A stretch of 64,000 bases of DNA from Kinneretia aquatilis (GTDB lineage Bacteria > Pseudomonadota > Gammaproteobacteria > Burkholderiales > Burkholderiaceae_C), in contig NZ_POSP01000003.1 in the NCBI RefSeq assembly GCF_002885975.1, positions 1,770,440-1,834,439 on the forward strand, read 5' to 3'. Below the pieces are notes generated by a model that searched no databases, was not told where the DNA came from, and worked only from the letters and a program-made list of their open reading frames with translations. The position numbers and the translations under genes were made by a program. This document shows, piece by piece, positions 59,346 through 64,000 of the stretch. Numbering within the stretch: the stretch's first letter is position 1; every line of letters begins with the position of its first letter.

Positions 59346-60079
59346 GCCAGCACCCGTTCCAGATAGCGCGCCCGGCGGCCGGGGCTCAGGGCCAGCACCT
59401 GGGCCTCGCTCCAACCATAGGCCCGGGCCAGCAGATGCACCTGATCGAGGCAGCGCTCGGACCAGCTCGCCAGGGCGCTGAGCAAATGGCTTGCAATGTC
59501 AAAGCCCTCGCTCCAGCCATGCTCGCAAGCCGGGCATTGCAGGGCCAGCTCGGTGTGGGCCTGCGGGTCGGCGTCGCTGAGCGCCGCGCTCAGCCGCTGC
59601 ACTGCCTCCTCGCTCAGAGCCAGCGGCGCGGCGGCCTCGGCCTGGTCTTGCTCGCTCAGCTGCAGGCAGCGCGCCATCAGCAAGGCGCGGGCCTGGCCCT
59701 CGTCTGCCTGCTGCGCCGCGTCCCAGAGGTCGCGACTATCTGGCAGGCGGCAGCGCAACAGGCGTCCGTCGAGTTCCAGCGTCAGGGCTTCTGCGCTGCC
59801 CGAGGTTTGCTCCGGCACCATCAGCTCGGGCACTTGCAAGGCCAGCTCCAAGCTCTCACCACAACGCGGGCATATGGCCAGCAGCTCCAGCTGTGGGCCG
59901 AACAAGGCCTGTTGCAGCTCCAGGAGCTGGCGGTCGCGCTGGCCCAGGGGCAGGCTCGCGGCCCAGCCGGGCTCGGCCTGCCAGACGCGGTCCAGCAAGG
60001 CACAGGCGCGCAGCGGCGGCGGCAGGCCGTGGCTGCTGTCGAGCAGGTCCAGCCAGTCGGCGGAGCTCAGGGAAGCCAT
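59342..60079 (-). CDS. zinc-ribbon-like hypothetical protein (possible tail assembly chaperone)
   Basis: 245 aa, ATG at 60079; two CxxC pairs (CPRCGES ... CPACEHG) ~110 aa apart; follows the tube gene. Confidence 0.45.
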   Translation of the reverse strand: MASLSSADWLDLLDSSHGLPPPLRACALLDRVWQAEPGWAASLPLGQRDRQLLELQQALFGPQLELLAICPRCGESLELALQVPELMVPEQTSGSAEALTLELDGRLLRCRLPDSRDLWDAAQQADEGQARALLMARCLQLSEQDQAEAAAPLALSEEAVQRLSAALSDADPQAHTELALQCPACEHGWSEGFDIASHLLSALASWSERCLDQVHLLARAYGWSEAQVLALSPGRRARYLERVLA

Positions 60080-60115
60080 GATTCAAAGACCCTCGGTGCG
60101 ATCAGGCGCGAAGGT

Positions 60116-60640
60116 TCAGCTCGGCTCGGTGAAGCTGACTTCGTTGGGCTCGGCCACTTCGTAATCACGCTCCCAGCCCTCGTTCTCGAGCTTGAGGCGG
60201 GCGATGGCCACGGCATTGGCATTGGCGTCCAGGTCCGGCAGGGCCTGGAACTCGCTGACCCAGGCACGGAAGACCTTGTAGGCCAGCACCAGCTGCCCGG
60301 TCTCGTTGTAGAGCTCGATGATCAGGTCCTTGCGGAAGTCCTTGAGCGAGACCTCGGCGCCCAGGCCGGAACCATAGTTCCAGACCTTGTTGGCCCATTT
60401 CTCGAACTCGGTGTCGTGCGTGACGCCACGCTCCAGGGTGATGGCATCGAACTCGGTACGGCCGGGTGATTTGCGGCTGCTGCTCTGGTCGCCGCCCTCG
60501 CGGTGCTTGACCACTTCGGTGCTGCGCTTGAGCGCCGAGACCTTGCTGATGCCGGCGACATAACGTCCATCCCACTTGACGCGGAACTTGAAGTTCTTGT
60601 AGGGATCGAAACGCTGGGCATTGACGGTGAACTGGGCCAT
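60116..60640 (-). CDS. contractile tail tube protein (Afp1/Pvc1, T4 gp19 family)
   Basis: 174 aa from ATG 60640 with AAGGAG SD; MAQFTVNAQRFDPYKNFKFRVKWDGRYVAGISKVSALKRSTEVVKHREGGDQSSSRKSPGRTEFDAITLERGV is the canonical eCIS/T6SS-like tube signature. Confidence 0.85.
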   Translation of the reverse strand: MAQFTVNAQRFDPYKNFKFRVKWDGRYVAGISKVSALKRSTEVVKHREGGDQSSSRKSPGRTEFDAITLERGVTHDTEFEKWANKVWNYGSGLGAEVSLKDFRKDLIIELYNETGQLVLAYKVFRAWVSEFQALPDLDANANAVAIARLKLENEGWERDYEVAEPNEVSFTEPS

Positions 60641-60656
60641 GACGCGACTCCTTGAC

Positions 60657-62942
60657 TCAAACCTGGATCTGACCAGCCAGCTGCTGGATGCGGATGACGA
60701 CGAACTCCGCCGGCTTGAGCGGCGCGAAGGCGACGAGGATGTTGACGACACCGCGGTTGATGTCGTCCTGGGTGGTGGTCTCGCGGTCGCACTTGACGAG
60801 GTAGGCTTCCTTGGCGCTCTTGCCCTGGAAGGCGCCGAGGCGGAACAGGCTGTTCATGAAGGCGCCAAGGTTGAGCCGGATCTGCGCCCAGAGCGGCTCG
60901 TCATTGGGCTCGAAGACCACCCACTGGGTGCCGCGGTAGAGGCTTTCCTCTAGGAACAGGGCCAGGCGACGCACCGGCACGTACTTGTACTCCGAGCTCA
61001 TCTGATCGGCGCCGCGCAAGGTGCGCGCGCCCCAGGACACGGCGCCGTAGACCGGCAGCACCCGCAGGCAGTTGACGCCCAGGGGGTTGAGCGCGCCGCA
61101 CTCGCCATCGGTCAGGGTGTAGGCGGTCTTCTGCACGCCGCTGAGCGTGGCCTCGGTGCCGGCCGGCGCCTTCCAGACGCCGCGCTCGGCATCGGTGCGG
61201 GCGAACAGGCCGGCCACCGTGCCGCTGGGCGGGGTCAGGCGCAGCTTGCCATTGCGCAGCGGGTCGGCGATGTAAACCCAGGGGTAGTAGACCGCCGCAT
61301 GGTCGGACTTGGGCAGGCCGGTGCCGTTGACGGCCGCCACCATCTGGGCCGGGTCCTGCGCCGAGGGCGGCGCGTCGATCACGAAGAAGGCGCGGCGCTC
61401 CTCGCAGTAGGCGGCCGCATCGGCCAGCACGCCGGGTTCGGTCACACCGGGCAGGCTGAGCAAGGTGAACAGATCCACCTCTTCCAGCGCATAGATGCCT
61501 TGGCGCTTGGCGCGGTCGGCAATGAAGGTGGGGTAGAGATCGGCCTCGGCGTAGGGCGTCTCGGTGCCGCCGGCCAGGTAGAGATTACCCGGCTGGGTGC
61601 TGGTGGCGCCGGCCAGCAGGTGCAGCTCGTTGGCAATGCTCTTGGCCGGGGCAGCGCTGACGGCGATGCTGCTGCCGGCACCCCGCGAACCGGTGGCCAG
61701 CACCAGGCTTGTGCCGCTGACCTTGACCGTGAAATCACGGTAGCTCGGGTGGCCCGGCTTCAAAGCACGCACGGCGGCTTGCAGGCGCGCCGCCACATCG
61801 TCGAGCTTGGCAGCCAGGTCAGCGCCTGCGGCGGCTGCGCTGCCGATATCGACCACATCAGGGCCATAGCCATCGAGGCTGATGCGCAGCGCGCTGTGCG
61901 TGGCATCCGGCAGGGTGTTGAGGTCATTGGCCGCAAACACAGCACTGCTCAGCGTGGCCGGATCGGGCACGGGTGCCGGGCGGATGGTCGCCACCGCGTC
62001 CACCTCCAGACCGCCCGAGGCAGCGCCCAGCTTGAGCACGCCGCTGGCATTGTTCTTCTGGCCGGCCAGCACCCGCAGCTGCGAGAACTCGCCGCCTTGG
62101 CCCGAGGTCATCAAGATCTGCTGGGTGCCCGGCGGGCGGGCGCAGGTGAACAGGTCGTAGGCCTGCTGGCTGTTGGCCTGGGCGCGCACCTGGAGCTGGA
62201 TGGCGGCGCACAAGCTATCCAACCGCTGCGTGGCCGTGCCGCCGCCGATGTCGCCCGGCAAAGCGATCAGCACCTTGACCGGCGGCAGGCCGTTGACCGA
62301 GACCCGGAACTCGTTGTGGTTGGCGTCCAGCAATGTCGCAACATCGGCCAGGGGCAGGCTTCGCGAAGTGCCAGCCGGCAGGGCATCGAGCGCAGCCTTG
62401 CTGACCAGGCGGCTGAGCTTGACCAGCTGCGAGCTGGCATTGACCAGATCCAGCACATAGCGCGCATCGGCGGAGTTCATCGAGACATTGGCATAGCTCT
62501 CGGCCGCCCCATCCTCGGCGCGGAACAGCGAGAGGTTGAAGCTGCTGCCCGGGTTGGCGCTCTGGTGATCGACGCGGATCTCGATGCCATTGCCCGAGGC
62601 CCCCGCGTCCAGCGCCGTGAGCTTGAGCACATCGGCGGCGGCGGCATTGCGCAGGCTGCGTTCGGCCGTGCTGGCGTCCTTGACCAGGCGGATGGCATAG
62701 GCCTCGGTGCCGCCGTTCTGGAAGTACTGGCGCACGGCATAGCCCAGCTCGGAGTCGAGGGCCAGGCCGCCGAAGCGGCGCTCGTAGTCCGAGAAGCTGA
62801 ACAGGCGCACCGCCTTGTTGATCGGCCCCCGGGGCGCGGAGCCGGCGAAGGCCGCGATGGCCGTCGCCACGCCGCTGATGGTGCGCACCCCGCTGGGCAG
62901 CTCCTCGATGTAGACGCCAGGATAGTTCAGTTGCGCAGGCAT
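60657..62942 (-). CDS. contractile tail sheath protein
   Basis: 761 aa from ATG 62942 with AGGAG SD; N-terminus MPAQLNYPGVYIEELPSGVRTISGVATAIAAFAG and C-terminal sheath domain (GVNCLRVLPVYGAVSWGARTL) are the conserved sheath signatures; first gene of the operon. Confidence 0.85.
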   Translation of the reverse strand: MPAQLNYPGVYIEELPSGVRTISGVATAIAAFAGSAPRGPINKAVRLFSFSDYERRFGGLALDSELGYAVRQYFQNGGTEAYAIRLVKDASTAERSLRNAAAADVLKLTALDAGASGNGIEIRVDHQSANPGSSFNLSLFRAEDGAAESYANVSMNSADARYVLDLVNASSQLVKLSRLVSKAALDALPAGTSRSLPLADVATLLDANHNEFRVSVNGLPPVKVLIALPGDIGGGTATQRLDSLCAAIQLQVRAQANSQQAYDLFTCARPPGTQQILMTSGQGGEFSQLRVLAGQKNNASGVLKLGAASGGLEVDAVATIRPAPVPDPATLSSAVFAANDLNTLPDATHSALRISLDGYGPDVVDIGSAAAAGADLAAKLDDVAARLQAAVRALKPGHPSYRDFTVKVSGTSLVLATGSRGAGSSIAVSAAPAKSIANELHLLAGATSTQPGNLYLAGGTETPYAEADLYPTFIADRAKRQGIYALEEVDLFTLLSLPGVTEPGVLADAAAYCEERRAFFVIDAPPSAQDPAQMVAAVNGTGLPKSDHAAVYYPWVYIADPLRNGKLRLTPPSGTVAGLFARTDAERGVWKAPAGTEATLSGVQKTAYTLTDGECGALNPLGVNCLRVLPVYGAVSWGARTLRGADQMSSEYKYVPVRRLALFLEESLYRGTQWVVFEPNDEPLWAQIRLNLGAFMNSLFRLGAFQGKSAKEAYLVKCDRETTTQDDINRGVVNILVAFAPLKPAEFVVIRIQQLAGQIQV

Positions 62943-63104
62943 GATGGAAAACTCCTTCTGGCGCCGTTTCGACAAGGCGCACGACGCGACGCTCGGGACT
63001 CGATCCGCCCACCGCAGCACCGGGCCGCGGCGGCACGCTGCCTGTCACGACCGGGAATGGCTGCATCAGGCCCGCGCAGCCTATGAGGGGCGTTGACCGC
63101 ACAA

Positions 63105-63124
63105 CATCATTAGATTTGATGATG
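63105..63124. promoter_or_regulatory. AT-rich inverted repeat CATCAT-N8-ATGATG in the eCIS operon leader (operator candidate)
   Basis: Only AT-rich patch in the ~600-nt region upstream of the sheath gene; perfect 6-bp arms; a TTGACC hexamer sits 7 nt upstream on the plus strand. Confidence 0.3.
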
Positions 63125-64000
63125 CGCGGTGCACCGACCTGGCAGGCGCGTGCGGGGGTTTTCGTTGTCGATCGCCCGCAAGCCCCGCCAGCATTGGGCA
63201 AAGCAGTGCAGGGCCTCGCGCCGAAAGCGCTGCCATGAGGGGCACTGAGGTTCTAGGGGGATGGGGGGCTCAACGCGCGATCGCGGCCACAGAACCAGGC
63301 GGCAAAGGCACAAAAGCACGCCCGGCCAGCGATCGCGCCCGCACGAGTTGCCAGGCCAAACCCTGCCCGAGCGCTCAGCCCCCCCGCGGCATGCCGAGGG
63401 TCGCGGCCACGCCCCGCCCCGATATCTGCCGCGCGCATGAGCTCTCGCGTTTCGCTTCGTTTCCTGACTGAAACCGCGTCCTAAGCTGGCAACTCTCGAA
63501 GGCCAAAGCGCCAACACAACCTCATCAGGAGACTGCCATGAGCATCACCGCCATCAATGTGCGCAACTAGGTCCGCGGCACCAGGCACAACGCCGCCATG
63601 CCACCCGACATGATCTGTCCAAGCCCCACCGGGTCAGAGCTCACTGACGGACGCGCCAGACCTATTTCTGCTGATGGAGGGTCAGGTCTTGCTGCAGCTG
63701 CAGGGGCTCGACCAGCGCTGGACCCTGCAGCTCGATGCCGGCGATTGGGCGGTCATCCCACCGGCCTTGCTGCTCCATCTGGCGGCCCGGCCCTCGCTCA
63801 ACTTTGCCGAACGCGTGGATCTGCTGCGCTGGCGCCAGGAACCCGCACCACCGCCGTGCCCGAGCTGCGCCCCTCGCTGCAGCAAAGGCCCGATTGGACC
63901 CCGGCGCGCGCACCGCGCGCCGTGGCCTGGCCCGCTGCAGCACGGCAGGAAATCGCCGCCGAGCTGGCCGCTGCGGCCTGAACCGCGCAGCAGCGCCTGA

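Noticed and set aside
63598-63981. 127-aa ORF in the eCIS leader region
   Set aside because: Ala/Pro/Arg-rich translation with no features; the alternative frame (63674..64000) at least has a plausible N-terminus, so only that one is flagged.

Overview
High-GC (~68%) betaproteobacterial-type chromosomal segment with four zones. Zone 1 (1-12.2 kb) is conserved housekeeping: prfA (3' part), prmC, grxD, ubiX, a lytic transglycosylase, a DUF418 protein, proS, rppH, the rplU-rpmA-obg-proB operon, ispB and tRNA-Pro(CGG). Zone 2 (12.2-25.5 kb) is one translationally coupled minus-strand operon, recC-recB-recD followed by an SbcD-like phosphoesterase and an SbcC/Rad50-like ATPase. Zone 3 (25.6-37.5 kb) is accessory: an arylamine N-acetyltransferase coupled to an FMN reductase, MlaC-like, PEP-CTERM, DUF1992, MBL-fold, rtcB and SPFH genes; then a scarred tRNA hotspot with two tRNA-like pseudogenes, an HNH endonuclease gene bracketed by a 16-bp direct repeat, tRNA-Pro(UGG) fragments, intact tRNA-Glu and tRNA-Arg, and a decayed low-GC islet with an HTH regulator and a cupin. 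Zone 4 (37.6-63.0 kb) is the main find: a complete ~25.5 kb minus-strand extracellular contractile injection system (eCIS, phage-tail-like) operon. It encodes sheath, tube, tape-measure-like, DUF4255 cap, AAA+ ATPase, gpD hub, gpV spike, PAAR, gp25, gp6/J-like, gp7-like, gpI-like and a fibre/tailspike-like protein. Embedded mid-operon, directly after the ATPase, is a 1132-aa DUF4157/HExxH protein that is the likely injected cargo. No CRISPR array, integrase or transposase was seen. Protein functions are inferred from recognisable motifs in the supplied translations, not from database searches. Where I moved a start codon off the ORF-track value, I did so by frame arithmetic. Coordinates of the RNA features rest on my reading of the line numbering and could be off by 1-2 nt.
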